A stretch of DNA of 48,634 nucleotides from the IMG/VR virus record IMGVR_UViG_3300045988_156243, one strand, 5' to 3'. Within the stretch, counting starts at the first letter, position 1. Every line of letters begins with the position of its first letter. Positions 15,382-25,556 of this stretch are shown here, one piece after another. Below the pieces are notes generated by a model. The model was not told the DNA's origin. It was given only the letters and a program-made list of their open reading frames with translations, and ran no database searches. The position numbers and the translations under genes are program-made. Source of the DNA: a virus (taxonomy: Duplodnaviria > Heunggongvirae > Uroviricota > Caudoviricetes).

Positions 15382-15915
15382 TCATTCTGGTTGTTCGGGA
15401 AACGTTACTGGCAAGCTGGAAGTGTCTGTAGATTCGACTTTCTGCGCAAAGAGCATCCACTCTGTTAATTTTTGTTTATTCTCGTCGGAAATGATGCCCA
15501 GCCGTAGCTGTGAGTCCCATAGCTGGGTTTTATCCCTGACAAGTTGCAACAGGCTTTGCTTTTCATTTTCCGCTTGTTGCCTCTGCTCTTCCTCGGTATA
15601 AGTTCGCTTTATCACTACGCCATCTTTGAACATCCATTTCCCCGAAATATCAGCCCGGCGATTTGCTGTAATATCAGGTAATTCAACGACGCTTGCCCCC
15701 TCTGGATTAATTGCTGAAACATCCTTTTCAATGCAAATAATAACGCCGTTATGGTCATAGACCATTTTCAAAGTGTCTGGCTGGAAATTCTTTTGTTCCT
15801 CATACCAGTTTTTTCCATCATCTGAATAAAGCCACTTAATGTTAAATTGCTTTGTTAGCTGGTACTGCTCCACTGTTTTAGGATTACCAGCGGTAATGTT
15901 TTTTAAGTGCATCAT
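15382..15915 (-). CDS. Tail fibre assembly protein (expressed orientation)
   Basis: 177 aa; immediately downstream of the tail fibre gene. Confidence 0.8.
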   Translation of the reverse strand: MMHLKNITAGNPKTVEQYQLTKQFNIKWLYSDDGKNWYEEQKNFQPDTLKMVYDHNGVIICIEKDVSAINPEGASVVELPDITANRRADISGKWMFKDGVVIKRTYTEEEQRQQAENEKQSLLQLVRDKTQLWDSQLRLGIISDENKQKLTEWMLFAQKVESTDTSSLPVTFPEQPE

Positions 15916-15917
15916 AA

Positions 15918-17987
15918 TTAAATACTTCCCGCGTTATACCAAGTCCCATTAATGCAATACTGAATTGGCCTTGCCTGAGTTGTATCAATTAATTCGTCAC
16001 GGTTCCCGTTAACTGAACCCGTAACGACATAACCTGACCTGTCAGACCAGCCGGGGCCATTCCATGTCTGAACAGATGACAGACCGCCAAGGCGAATACC
16101 TGTAATAAACCTTGAGTTACATTCTGCCTGAGTATATGCACCAACATCTCCCGCTGAAGGTTTTCGTGTCGTGGTATAGAAATCTGACCAACCTAATTCA
16201 AACCCATAACCATCACGAGCCGACCTGTAGGAAATGCCACCATTTTTATAATTCACACGGAATTGTACGGCAGGACAGCTACCAGCATTTATATTAAAGT
16301 GAAGAATTAATGCAGATGCACCACCAATCAGGGCGTTATATGCACCACTATCCCAATTCCATCCAACGGATGTATCACCATTAACAGTATTACCTGTTTG
16401 TCGGAGTGCAAATGCATTGACATTTTTGGCACTAATTGAAATATCGCTAGAACCATCAAAACCAACTCCAGCAATTTTTCGTGCTGTTTTCAGCTTTGTT
16501 GCAGTAGCGGCATTGCCGGACAGTTCCCCAGAAAGGCCACCGCTGAATGTTTGTCGATTAGTCCAGGTATTCGCTGTACTGAGTAACGGTATTTTCTCCC
16601 CGCTTGTGCCGAGTTCTCGTAAACCGAGGTATTCGATAACGGCGGCAACGGTCGATTTCGCAAGAATATCCCGCCCTACTTTTGTCAGAGTTGCCAGGCT
16701 GGCGACATCATTCCCCGTAAAATACGGAAACCTGTCTGCCGCAGTAGCAAGCCCGGCCAGCGCCGTCAGGGTGGCATCTTTCGGTTGCTTACCCGCAAGC
16801 GCGTTAGTCATGGTGGTCGCAAAATTCGGGTCGTTGCCCAACGCCGCAGCCAGCTCGTTCAGCGTATTCAGTGCGTCAGGCGACGAGTCCACGAGGGCAG
16901 CGATCGCAGCCATAACATAAGCCGTGCTTGCGATCTGAGTATTGTTAGTACCTTTTGGCGCAGTTGGTGTTGTTGGTGTTCCGGTCAGCGCCGGACTGTT
17001 CAGGGGCGCTTTCTTGTTCGTTTCATCCATTACCACCTTTACCGCTTTCGATGTCGCGGCCAGTGTTTCAGACGTGCTGTTGGTTGCACTACTGAGCTGA
17101 GTGATTCCCCTTACTGTCAGTGAAGCTACAGGCACATTTGTTATCTGCTCCCACGAATGCGTGTGATTGGACGGAGCCTTTCCGGCCGCAAGATCATACG
17201 CTGCCTTAACAGCCTTTGGTGTTGCGGCCAGCGTTTCCGAATCACTGTTAGTGGCGCTACTGAGCTGAACAATCCCTTTTCGCGCCGTGGTAGCGTCCTG
17301 TGCGGTGTATTTGCCATTAGCCAGGTCATATGCTGCCTTAACAGCCTTAGGCGTCGCAGCAAGCGTTTCAGACGAGCTATTGGTGGCGCTGCTAAGTTGA
17401 ACAAAGCCTTTTGAGGTTAAAGTTGCATCAGGATGATTACGTGATTGCTCATGTTTCACAATGGCTTGCTTAAGCCGCTTTGCTGAAACAGCAAGGGAAT
17501 CATCTGTACCTGCATCAATTTCTTGTTCATTAGCAAACCTTGCCACCCCAACAACAGTTTCGGTCGCGGGAGGATTAATAAACTCAATATCACCAAATGT
17601 AATATTTTTAGTATCAAGAGTTTTAATTGCTATATCACTTGATATTAAAGCGATAGTAGATGATGCTTTATTTATTATTGCTTGTTCTTGTGAGTATACA
17701 GCAAACAACGTACCCTTATTCGTATACAATCCTATTGTATGGACAACATACTCATCTTTACTATCATCCTTCGCTGTTACATGAATTGTATCAGGGGAAA
17801 CAACTTTGCCACCTATTGTGGTAAGTCGTTTTATTTCGTTTGTTATATTTGTTTGTGAAGTTGACGTGACATAATATCTACTACCTAAACCAACAGAAAC
17901 AATCTCAACTTTATTTGTTCCTGTTTTGTTGGCATTAACCAGCTCCTGACGCCCGGCGTCAGTCATCGTAAATAATAATTTACTCAC
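15918..17987 (-). CDS. Tail fibre protein (P2 gpH / Mu S-like), GTG start
   Basis: 689 aa; N-terminus MSKLLFTMTDAGRQ resembles P2 H; repeated ...SSATNS.SETLAATPKAVKAAYDLA... units; contains the gix-like site at 16614-16639. Confidence 0.85.
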   Translation of the reverse strand: MSKLLFTMTDAGRQELVNANKTGTNKVEIVSVGLGSRYYVTSTSQTNITNEIKRLTTIGGKVVSPDTIHVTAKDDSKDEYVVHTIGLYTNKGTLFAVYSQEQAIINKASSTIALISSDIAIKTLDTKNITFGDIEFINPPATETVVGVARFANEQEIDAGTDDSLAVSAKRLKQAIVKHEQSRNHPDATLTSKGFVQLSSATNSSSETLAATPKAVKAAYDLANGKYTAQDATTARKGIVQLSSATNSDSETLAATPKAVKAAYDLAAGKAPSNHTHSWEQITNVPVASLTVRGITQLSSATNSTSETLAATSKAVKVVMDETNKKAPLNSPALTGTPTTPTAPKGTNNTQIASTAYVMAAIAALVDSSPDALNTLNELAAALGNDPNFATTMTNALAGKQPKDATLTALAGLATAADRFPYFTGNDVASLATLTKVGRDILAKSTVAAVIEYLGLRELGTSGEKIPLLSTANTWTNRQTFSGGLSGELSGNAATATKLKTARKIAGVGFDGSSDISISAKNVNAFALRQTGNTVNGDTSVGWNWDSGAYNALIGGASALILHFNINAGSCPAVQFRVNYKNGGISYRSARDGYGFELGWSDFYTTTRKPSAGDVGAYTQAECNSRFITGIRLGGLSSVQTWNGPGWSDRSGYVVTGSVNGNRDELIDTTQARPIQYCINGTWYNAGSI
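16614..16639. repeat. Recombination site (gix-like) inside the tail fibre gene
   Basis: ttctcgtaaaccgaggtattcgataa; inverted relative to 13563-13590, sharing the CCTCGGTTT core. Confidence 0.7.
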
Positions 17988-18017
17988 GCTTAATTCCTTG
18001 AATTAACAAATTGCGAA

Positions 18018-18599
18018 TTAGCACTCGCCAATTAATCGTACATAAGACACAGGCTGACAAGCACCAACAATACCGACACCACCAGAAACATTGGCTGCTT
18101 GCGAAAATGTAAATAATGTTCTTGCCGACTTTGCGCTCTTGATACTTCTTAACGTATCTTCCAACATCTCTTTCGAAGGAACGGCACCATCAAAAGAGTT
18201 AATCGAAGCAACAATTGAGGCTGTATATGGTTCGCCAGGTGGTGATGTTTCAAACCATTCTGTTATGTTTACCTCTCCACCCAAGCTATTTACTACATCT
18301 TCAACCGCTGCCCTTGTACCCTTTATTCGCTTTGTTCGTATTATTGATTTAAAAACAGAACGCTTTAACGATACAGGCCAACTATCCCTCCATGTATCAG
18401 CATTCCATTGCCAGGCTAAATGATCGAGAACAACTGAATCCAGGTTATCAACAACGCTATATATTTCTGTCTTATATATTAAATTGTTAATTGCTTGTAG
18501 TTCATCATCGATAGCTTTCGACATAGCTATCACGTTGGGATCTCTAGCTAAGTTAGGAGGTAAAACATCCAACAAGCTAACATTAAAGATATCAGCCAT
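18018..18599 (-). CDS. Baseplate/tail protein, P2 gpI-like
   Basis: 193 aa; HLAWQWNADTWRDSWP...NITEWFETSPPGEPYT parallels P2 gpI as I recall it. Confidence 0.75.
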   Translation of the reverse strand: MADIFNVSLLDVLPPNLARDPNVIAMSKAIDDELQAINNLIYKTEIYSVVDNLDSVVLDHLAWQWNADTWRDSWPVSLKRSVFKSIIRTKRIKGTRAAVEDVVNSLGGEVNITEWFETSPPGEPYTASIVASINSFDGAVPSKEMLEDTLRSIKSAKSARTLFTFSQAANVSGGVGIVGACQPVSYVRLIGEC

Positions 18600-19716
18600 C
18601 CTCTAACCCCGCATACTGGCAATTTATATTTCTCTCTCTGGCGACCTGCGTCTCTCCAACCACAGTAAATACAGGACTTGATATTTCTAATCTTTTAGCC
18701 CCAGCATTTTTTAAACGTTGAATAATTTCATCTGGATTTATATCTCTTCCCATAACCGAACGTTGCCATTGTTTATACTCATCAATAGCTTTCTCAACCT
18801 CACTTTGAATTAAAGTTGTTCTGTTTTTGTCCGATGAGTTAATCCAGTATTTAATTATTATATCGTATTCAATGCTCTCTGGTTTCTTAACAAGAACTTT
18901 ATCTGTGAATGGTCGAATATTAGTTGCAGAGAGAACGCTATTTATCTGCTCTAATAATTCATCAGAAGGTATATCTCCGTTCTCTAACAAAGAACGGATT
19001 TCTACAGTTCCGGGCGATGGTGTATATACATTCACATCTTTTATATTCTGATTGGCTGTTCTTGTCCAATATTTATAAGAATCCTCCGACCCTGCTGTAG
19101 ATAGTTTTTCCGGCGAAAGTTTTATTCTTTCAGCATAATTATCATCTGACTCTGTATCAGCACCAGAATTAGATGTTGTTAGATTCCTTACGCTGGAAAC
19201 ATACGGCAACGGAGTCACCAACTCATTTATTTGCCCTGGTAAAAAGCCATTCCCCGATAAACCAGGTATAACAGCATATCCTGAGACTGTACCAACTGTT
19301 TTCCCAGCTGGTATTTCCAACAAAACATCTGTTTGGAAAATAACACTATTTCCAGTTGAAATTTGAGTGCCAGCAGGTATTGTATATATCCCCGATAATT
19401 TTGTTGACAGATTAAACTCAAATGTAGTCAAGGCAGATTGAGCTTCCAGCCTAGGCGTATCCGTCAGATAGCCTATATGATCGAGATATTCACCCCCACC
19501 ATATGTAAGAAGGTTTTGTTTTGCAGAAAAATCGATAGCTTTTCTTTGCTGTATAATAATCTCACACAATGACAAGATGAATAATCTACGTGGATCAGCA
19601 GGTGCTAATGTTTCACCTGTTATACTCTCAAAAGCCCTGATTGAACGAGTTGTTATATCAGTCGGGTTAGAATCTGCGAAAGTAATATCTGGCAAACCAC
19701 CGCGCGGCAACGTCAT
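18592..19716 (-). CDS. Baseplate protein J-like
   Basis: 374 aa, positioned between W-like and I-like genes. Confidence 0.8.
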   Translation of the reverse strand: MTLPRGGLPDITFADSNPTDITTRSIRAFESITGETLAPADPRRLFILSLCEIIIQQRKAIDFSAKQNLLTYGGGEYLDHIGYLTDTPRLEAQSALTTFEFNLSTKLSGIYTIPAGTQISTGNSVIFQTDVLLEIPAGKTVGTVSGYAVIPGLSGNGFLPGQINELVTPLPYVSSVRNLTTSNSGADTESDDNYAERIKLSPEKLSTAGSEDSYKYWTRTANQNIKDVNVYTPSPGTVEIRSLLENGDIPSDELLEQINSVLSATNIRPFTDKVLVKKPESIEYDIIIKYWINSSDKNRTTLIQSEVEKAIDEYKQWQRSVMGRDINPDEIIQRLKNAGAKRLEISSPVFTVVGETQVARERNINCQYAGLEDG

Positions 19717-20033
19717 TCTCTAACTCCTATCACAAGTTTTGGCCTAATAAAACCATCAGAAACGTCCGTTCTTTCAAAAGTAACAGAATGGATAATCGCT
19801 CTAGGCTCAAACTCACTAATTTTTTGAATTATTTCTCGTGTTGCTGTAGCAATAAAAATTGGGCTGGGGCTATCAACAAGACTTGAATTAACTCCTAATT
19901 TTCTGGCATATGGTACAGTGCCAATCTGAGTATTAATAATAGTAGAGACATTTTGCAAAACTTCTTCTACAACTGTTTTGGGCGACCAATCAATCGAGTA
20001 AGAAGGTGATGATATGGTAAACGTATTATTCAT
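19713..20033 (-). CDS. Baseplate wedge protein, gpW/gp25-like
   Basis: 106 aa; position and size. Confidence 0.7.
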   Translation of the reverse strand: MNNTFTISSPSYSIDWSPKTVVEEVLQNVSTIINTQIGTVPYARKLGVNSSLVDSPSPIFIATATREIIQKISEFEPRAIIHSVTFERTDVSDGFIRPKLVIGVRE

Positions 20034-20497
20034 AATAATTTACCTAACGCACTTCTAGTTTTTGACTCTATATTGCCAGCAATATCAACTAATGCTTCTT
20101 TCAGAGAGGTCTGTCCGACTTCCTGTAATTTAATGCCGACGATAATCACTCGTGGATTCCCAGTTGGACCGAAATAAGTCCATGATTCCTCTATATCTGT
20201 AATTATAAAATTACCAAAATACTGAATACCAATTACAACAGGATTTACTTCCTGAATTGATTGCATTGTCCTAAGTAATGAAAGCGCAGCCAATGGAACA
20301 ATGCCAAGTGTTGTATCCAACCGCATATTAAAACTAACTTCATCCAGATCTGGACCTATATCCTCCAGAACAGGTTTAAGCCCAATAACATCATGGCGCG
20401 CAACACGACGCTTTGACGTCCTTTTAAAATTGTTGAACGTATTCACCACTATTGATGAGGCAACAAAAGGCATTGTACCAAGCATACCCACAATCAT
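20030..20497 (-). CDS. Hypothetical baseplate-module protein
   Basis: 155 aa between the V-like and W-like genes. Confidence 0.4.
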   Translation of the reverse strand: MIVGMLGTMPFVASSIVVNTFNNFKRTSKRRVARHDVIGLKPVLEDIGPDLDEVSFNMRLDTTLGIVPLAALSLLRTMQSIQEVNPVVIGIQYFGNFIITDIEESWTYFGPTGNPRVIIVGIKLQEVGQTSLKEALVDIAGNIESKTRSALGKLL

Positions 20498-21114
20498 GCC
20501 TGAGCCTCCGTTGTCGGAGCGTATTCCCCCTGAGCTGTGTGATGGTGGCCTTTAGATTTAATCCCATCAACATCTATATCACCACCAACAACCTTAACAT
20601 CCCCAGAAATTGTAGCTGCAACACCTCCAGCAGAAGATCCTTTCATTCCACCTTTGAAGGTTAGTAATCCTTCAACTGTAGCATTTCCGGTAATGATGGT
20701 TTCTGGAGCATCAATAGTTACGGTTCCTGTAGCCTTAACGGTTACATCTCCGACAGCATCAACAAGGAGTAAATTAGATTCTCTGTCTACCTCAATACGA
20801 GTTCCGTTATTAAATCTAATGACGCGTTTATTAACCGTATTAGATGGCGGCTTCTGTGTTTCATCATAAAAACTACCAAGAATAAAACCTTGTTGCGGCC
20901 CTGCGGGATGAAAGATACACAAAACTTGCTCACCAATATCTGGCATCCAGTAATCAGCATTCTTATCCGTATTTTTCACAATAACTGATAACTTTGCCGA
21001 AGTGACGTTATCCTGATCATCGAAAGTAACTCTTGCTGTAACATCACCATCATCAATATCAGAAACAACGCCAACTCTTATAGTCTGACGTAATAATGTT
21101 TCTAAATCATTCAT
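20494..21114 (-). CDS. Baseplate spike/assembly protein V-like
   Basis: 206 aa; Gly-rich beta-helix-like C-terminus (KVVGGDIDVDG). Confidence 0.7.
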   Translation of the reverse strand: MNDLETLLRQTIRVGVVSDIDDGDVTARVTFDDQDNVTSAKLSVIVKNTDKNADYWMPDIGEQVLCIFHPAGPQQGFILGSFYDETQKPPSNTVNKRVIRFNNGTRIEVDRESNLLLVDAVGDVTVKATGTVTIDAPETIITGNATVEGLLTFKGGMKGSSAGGVAATISGDVKVVGGDIDVDGIKSKGHHHTAQGEYAPTTEAQA

Positions 21115-21116
21115 AA

Positions 21117-22118
21117 TTAATACCCATTAATTACTCTTCGGACATCAATCGAGGTGGTATAACCACTAGCCCCAATTGAATGCACAGCTTTCGATATAAG
21201 ATATTTTCCAGAAAATGAACCGAATCCGTCAAGATTTATAGTTACACCAGCAACCAATCTGGTGTCTCCAACCAATACTAAAGATCCTGTATTTTGATAT
21301 CTATTTTTAATCCGCAAAGCAGCCTTTGCCTTACGTTTTGCTTCATCTAAATTAGCTACCAGTTTTCTTATCTTAAGATTCGACCCTTCTTCTACGGATG
21401 GATCTACCCAAGTATACGAAAGCGACTTTCTTTTTTTAGGTACGCGATATTTGCACGTGCAACTTTTATACAAATCTGTAGATTGTATGCTAAAGCTATA
21501 TCTGATTATCTCATCAATACCTAACGTAAGCGTAGCGATAGGATCTTTTTGCTCAAACATCTCTTGAGCAAATATTATTAATTGGCTATCAGTGACCTTT
21601 AACGACAACCCTTCATCCTGGCAAAGTCGATGGAGAAATTTTAAATCGCTTTCCTCCATTTGATCTTCACGCGCATAATATGGATTACTATCACCATCAA
21701 TAAGAAACAACAGTTCAAGGTTAGCTAATTTAGCTATAGAAGTTGCTATATCTTTAAGAGTTGTTTTTTCCCATGCATTACTTTTTAAATCACGTCTAAT
21801 GCCTGATGAAACAGGAACAGAAACAGCAGTTACCTCAACAACAGAAGGTGGTCCAGAGCAAGTTATGCCATCTACCTGGAATTTCCCGCACTCAAGGACG
21901 ATTTGATTTATAGGCTTAAAGCTCAAATCAATAAAATCACCCTTTTTAGGTGTCCAGTCTCCAGACCATTTCCCATCATCATTTTTTAATATAATAGAAA
22001 TATCATCGACCTGACCATCTTCATTATCTGTATAAGACATTGACAAAACATCAGGTGACATATGAGCGGTAATATTTACATTCTGATATATAACATCAAA
22101 AAGCGTTTTACGTAACAC
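21117..22118 (-). CDS. Tail protein gpD-like (GTG start)
   Basis: 333 aa; immediately downstream of tape measure and the X-like gene. Confidence 0.65.
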   Translation of the reverse strand: MLRKTLFDVIYQNVNITAHMSPDVLSMSYTDNEDGQVDDISIILKNDDGKWSGDWTPKKGDFIDLSFKPINQIVLECGKFQVDGITCSGPPSVVEVTAVSVPVSSGIRRDLKSNAWEKTTLKDIATSIAKLANLELLFLIDGDSNPYYAREDQMEESDLKFLHRLCQDEGLSLKVTDSQLIIFAQEMFEQKDPIATLTLGIDEIIRYSFSIQSTDLYKSCTCKYRVPKKRKSLSYTWVDPSVEEGSNLKIRKLVANLDEAKRKAKAALRIKNRYQNTGSLVLVGDTRLVAGVTINLDGFGSFSGKYLISKAVHSIGASGYTTSIDVRRVINGY

Positions 22119-22326
22119 TATTGCGTCTCCACGGAGGCAAATTGTTTACTGATATTGGCATAACCGGAGCATCAGGAACTTTAAGAATAATTCCCGCAGA
22201 AAAAAGCACCGTAAAGCGGTGCTCAGTATTAGCATCAATAAGAAGATAAGACAGGTACTCATTACCATACAACTTTAACGCGATACTATCCCATGAGTCC
22301 CCTTGAACCGTTCTATAATCATCCAA
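22108..22326 (-). CDS. Small LysM-like tail protein (P2 gpX-like), TTG start
   Basis: 72 aa; RTVQGDSWDSIALKLYG resembles the gpX LysM start. Confidence 0.55.
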   Translation of the reverse strand: MDDYRTVQGDSWDSIALKLYGNEYLSYLLIDANTEHRFTVLFSAGIILKVPDAPVMPISVNNLPPWRRNSVT

Positions 22327-25111
22327 AACTTAATCTCCGTTGTTGGAACATATGAGCACTCAATTTCTTCTCAAAATCAGAATATCCCGCATCTAATGCT
22401 CTTTTAGCTGCCGCCTCAGTTTCCTTTGGTGAACCAGCCGGAAGATTGATTACAGGTGAATAGGTTATTCCACCAGTCACAGCGTTAACGTTCTGGCGAA
22501 GTCCAGAACTCCCGGCAGCAGAGATCCCGTGAGGTGATAAATTTGATTGCCCGAACTGGGTTGCGATTGCATTCTGTAAGCTGTTATTTCTGCTAACACC
22601 AGATGCCAGAGTAGTCATTATTGCACCACCTGACTTTGTTAGCTGTGAGAATGGACCTTTTTTCGCATCAGAGAACGGTAAATACTCACGAACAGAAGAA
22701 AAAACGCCTTTCACCTCATTGATTAGAGCATTTGCTTTTGATTTTATCCCTGTGATTAACGTCTCAATTATTTTTGCGCCTGACTCACTCCAGTTTATTC
22801 CAGACAAATAAGCTGTTACAGATTGAAATGCTCTTATAAAGAGTCCAACGGGTGAAAAACGCATAAAAACAGATACCAGTGTATCTATGATTTTCTTTCC
22901 TGTTTCGCTCCAGTTAATGCCAGAAAGGTAATTTGTTGTAAGTTTAAGTGCTTTAATTAAGAACGGAAGCGGAGACATCCATTTAAAAGCACTAATTAAT
23001 GTACTGTAAATTCTTACTCCTGCCGAACTCCAGTTTATGTTGGAAAGATAATCCCATGCTTTACCAAACATAGATATAATCCATCCATTGAGGTCAAAGT
23101 TTAAGATAAAGTTTTTTATAGCCTCAAATGATTTAACTGTATATTCCTTAACAGAAGGCCAAACTCTGACAGCATAATCTCTGATCTTATCCCAGTTCTG
23201 ATAGAGCAATATTCCTGCGGCAACCAGCGCAGATATAGCCATCTGAATCCACCCGAAGGGTGTTAGCTTTGTCGCTACAGATAAAGCCAGCATAGCTACC
23301 CTACACGCTATAACCACACTTTTCATGGTTAGAAACGCACCTGCCGCCATCACAATCTGAGACACAAAATTGGGGTTGTTAGCTACAAATTCACTAATTT
23401 TTGTAATCAGCGGAACCAAAACACTAAGCGCGGCATTCAAAGCTGGTTGCAAGGCCTGACCAAAACTTAATGATGCATTGCTAGCCTGAATACGTAATTG
23501 TTTCAATCGCTCCGCATTGTCTTTCGTTATGTTGGCAAAATCGCGGTCAATAACAGCACTTCCAGCCCCAAGAGATGTTGCTTTGATTCTCTGGTATTCC
23601 TTCCAGTTTTGAATCATCGGACGAACAAAGTTCTGAACCTGCATATCGCCAAATAGCTCACCAAGTAACTTCTGATCTCCGTTCTTAGTCATTTTCATGA
23701 CAGAATGCATTGCAGCTTCGAATGGATTCTTCCCTTTTTTCTGCGCTGTTGTGACAATTTTATATAAATCTACACCGAAATTTTTCTTTGCTTTTTTTAG
23801 TGTTTCAGGGGAAAGTATTTTCGCCAAAAAGTTGTTCATATTATTAGCAGCCTCATCCGAAGTTGCAGCACCTTTGCGAGCTATCTGCAAAGCTGCCCCC
23901 ATCGTCGCGGCGGCTTCTTTACCTCCCATTTTTAATGCCTGGAACTGAGCACCAAGCACAGGAAGATTTTTGGCCATATCTTTAAATTCAAAGTTTCCCT
24001 CTTTCCCTGCCTGAACCAGAATCCCCATTGCAGACTTCATTTGAGATGGATCAATCTTCAATGAGTCACTTAATGTAAATGATGCTTTCGAGACATCGAG
24101 GATATCAGAGCCAGTAGCTGTAGCTGTTCGCCCAATAGTTAGTAGATTCGCCTGAGCCTCTTTATAATCCTGCCCAGCAGCGACAAGAAAACCCTGAGCG
24201 GCCTGAATATCAGATGCAAACTGGTTGGTGGCCGTTCCAGTAACAAGCATCGCCTGCCCCATCGCCTGAACTTCTTCCGGCTTCATATCTGCCGTAAGAC
24301 CAATCATTTTGTTTTCACGATTGAAATTTGCTGCATTGTTAGCAGCAGCAAATGCACCAGCCGCTACAGCACCAGTTTGTAATCCTGACCTTACAAGTTG
24401 ACTCTTTGCCTCACCAAGATGCTCTCGCTTCAATTCACGCTGCCTTTCCAACGCGCGGTTTAACTCCTCCTGAGCACGTTTTACTGCAAGAACATTTTTC
24501 CGTGCTTCAGCCAACGCATTTTTATAGCTGTTAATTTTATCAATACGTTGTTTTTCTAATGCCCGGTTAAGTTCCTCCTGCTGTTTTTTCACTTGCTGAA
24601 CATTTGCTCTGGCTAAAGCCAAAGCCGTTCTGTAGCGGTTAACCTGCTCAACGCTACGGGCCTGAGCCTCACGATTACGATCAATGCTTGCTTTAAGCTC
24701 TTTCTCTCTTGAGGCTAAAGCTCTGGCAGATGTATCAGCTCCCTGATACGCAGACTTTAAAGCGGCCAGTTCTTCACGCTGAGAACGTAGTGATGCTCGT
24801 AAATTTGATGAATGTGTTTTTGCCTTCTCAAAGTCACGAAGCATCGCTCTGGTTGGATTGGCCGTGTTTTTTATTTGCTTCTGTAACTCTTCAACGCGAG
24901 CAGCAGCTTTATGATATTCGAGGGCAGTCTGTCCAACCTTTACTTTTACAGATTGTAGCTTTTGAATTTCCCCATGTTCTTTCGTTAATCCAGCAAGCTC
25001 TGCATTTAATTTAGCAACAGCCTGATTAGCTGTAGTAAAACTTTTGGGGAGAGAGGCGGCAACTTTGCCGCCAATTTCAAAAGCCAGCTTAAAGTTCTTA
25101 TTGCTGGCCAT
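22319..25111 (-). CDS. Tail tape measure protein
   Basis: 930 aa; long coiled-coil N-terminal half, hydrophobic central segment; downstream of the E/E' chaperones. Confidence 0.85.
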   Translation of the reverse strand: MASNKNFKLAFEIGGKVAASLPKSFTTANQAVAKLNAELAGLTKEHGEIQKLQSVKVKVGQTALEYHKAAARVEELQKQIKNTANPTRAMLRDFEKAKTHSSNLRASLRSQREELAALKSAYQGADTSARALASREKELKASIDRNREAQARSVEQVNRYRTALALARANVQQVKKQQEELNRALEKQRIDKINSYKNALAEARKNVLAVKRAQEELNRALERQRELKREHLGEAKSQLVRSGLQTGAVAAGAFAAANNAANFNRENKMIGLTADMKPEEVQAMGQAMLVTGTATNQFASDIQAAQGFLVAAGQDYKEAQANLLTIGRTATATGSDILDVSKASFTLSDSLKIDPSQMKSAMGILVQAGKEGNFEFKDMAKNLPVLGAQFQALKMGGKEAAATMGAALQIARKGAATSDEAANNMNNFLAKILSPETLKKAKKNFGVDLYKIVTTAQKKGKNPFEAAMHSVMKMTKNGDQKLLGELFGDMQVQNFVRPMIQNWKEYQRIKATSLGAGSAVIDRDFANITKDNAERLKQLRIQASNASLSFGQALQPALNAALSVLVPLITKISEFVANNPNFVSQIVMAAGAFLTMKSVVIACRVAMLALSVATKLTPFGWIQMAISALVAAGILLYQNWDKIRDYAVRVWPSVKEYTVKSFEAIKNFILNFDLNGWIISMFGKAWDYLSNINWSSAGVRIYSTLISAFKWMSPLPFLIKALKLTTNYLSGINWSETGKKIIDTLVSVFMRFSPVGLFIRAFQSVTAYLSGINWSESGAKIIETLITGIKSKANALINEVKGVFSSVREYLPFSDAKKGPFSQLTKSGGAIMTTLASGVSRNNSLQNAIATQFGQSNLSPHGISAAGSSGLRQNVNAVTGGITYSPVINLPAGSPKETEAAAKRALDAGYSDFEKKLSAHMFQQRRLSFG

Positions 25112-25116
25112 TAGTA

Positions 25117-25547
25117 TTAATCCTCATTAAACACGTCAATCCATGCGACGATTCGCCTCAACCGAAGCGAAAGCCAGTAGGATATAGGTGTTGATTGAGA
25201 TGATTGAGATAGAGAACTCGCGGCCCTCATTATTTGCTTATCAATAGGTTTTTGCTCATCAAAACCTACGAGAGCAAAAAATTCTGTACCTTTTGACAAA
25301 CTTTAACAAAGTCTTTCGCTGGTAATCCATTCAGATACTCTATTGGACGACCAATACAGCGAGCAGCCAAGGCTGCATGGACTTTATTATCAAGTGATGT
25401 TTGAACTGAAACATGCCCTTGAGATTGCAGTAAGTCCGATACCTCTAAAATATCACTGCCTTTTAGGTTGTCTAAATCAAGGTTGAGTTCAGTCACCGGC
25501 TCAAAGTCTTCAAAACGATATTCTTTACTTAATTTAACGGTTTCCAT
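25117..25547 (-). CDS. Tail assembly chaperones gpE and frameshifted gpE+E' (programmed -1 frameshift)
   Basis: E ORF 25266-25547 and overlapping E' ORF 25117-25299 in the -1 frame; slippery heptamer T_TTT_TTG at 25275-25281 (minus strand). Confidence 0.65.
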
Positions 25548-25556
25548 TTTGTCACC

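Noticed and set aside
16417-17784. Plus-strand ORFs inside the tail-fibre gene (16417-16920, 16785-17123, 17157-17414, 17461-17784)
   Set aside because: Antisense to a well-supported fibre gene with repetitive sequence; no RBS or coding features.
23697-25014. Plus-strand ORFs inside the tape measure gene
   Set aside because: Shadow ORFs antisense to the tape measure protein.
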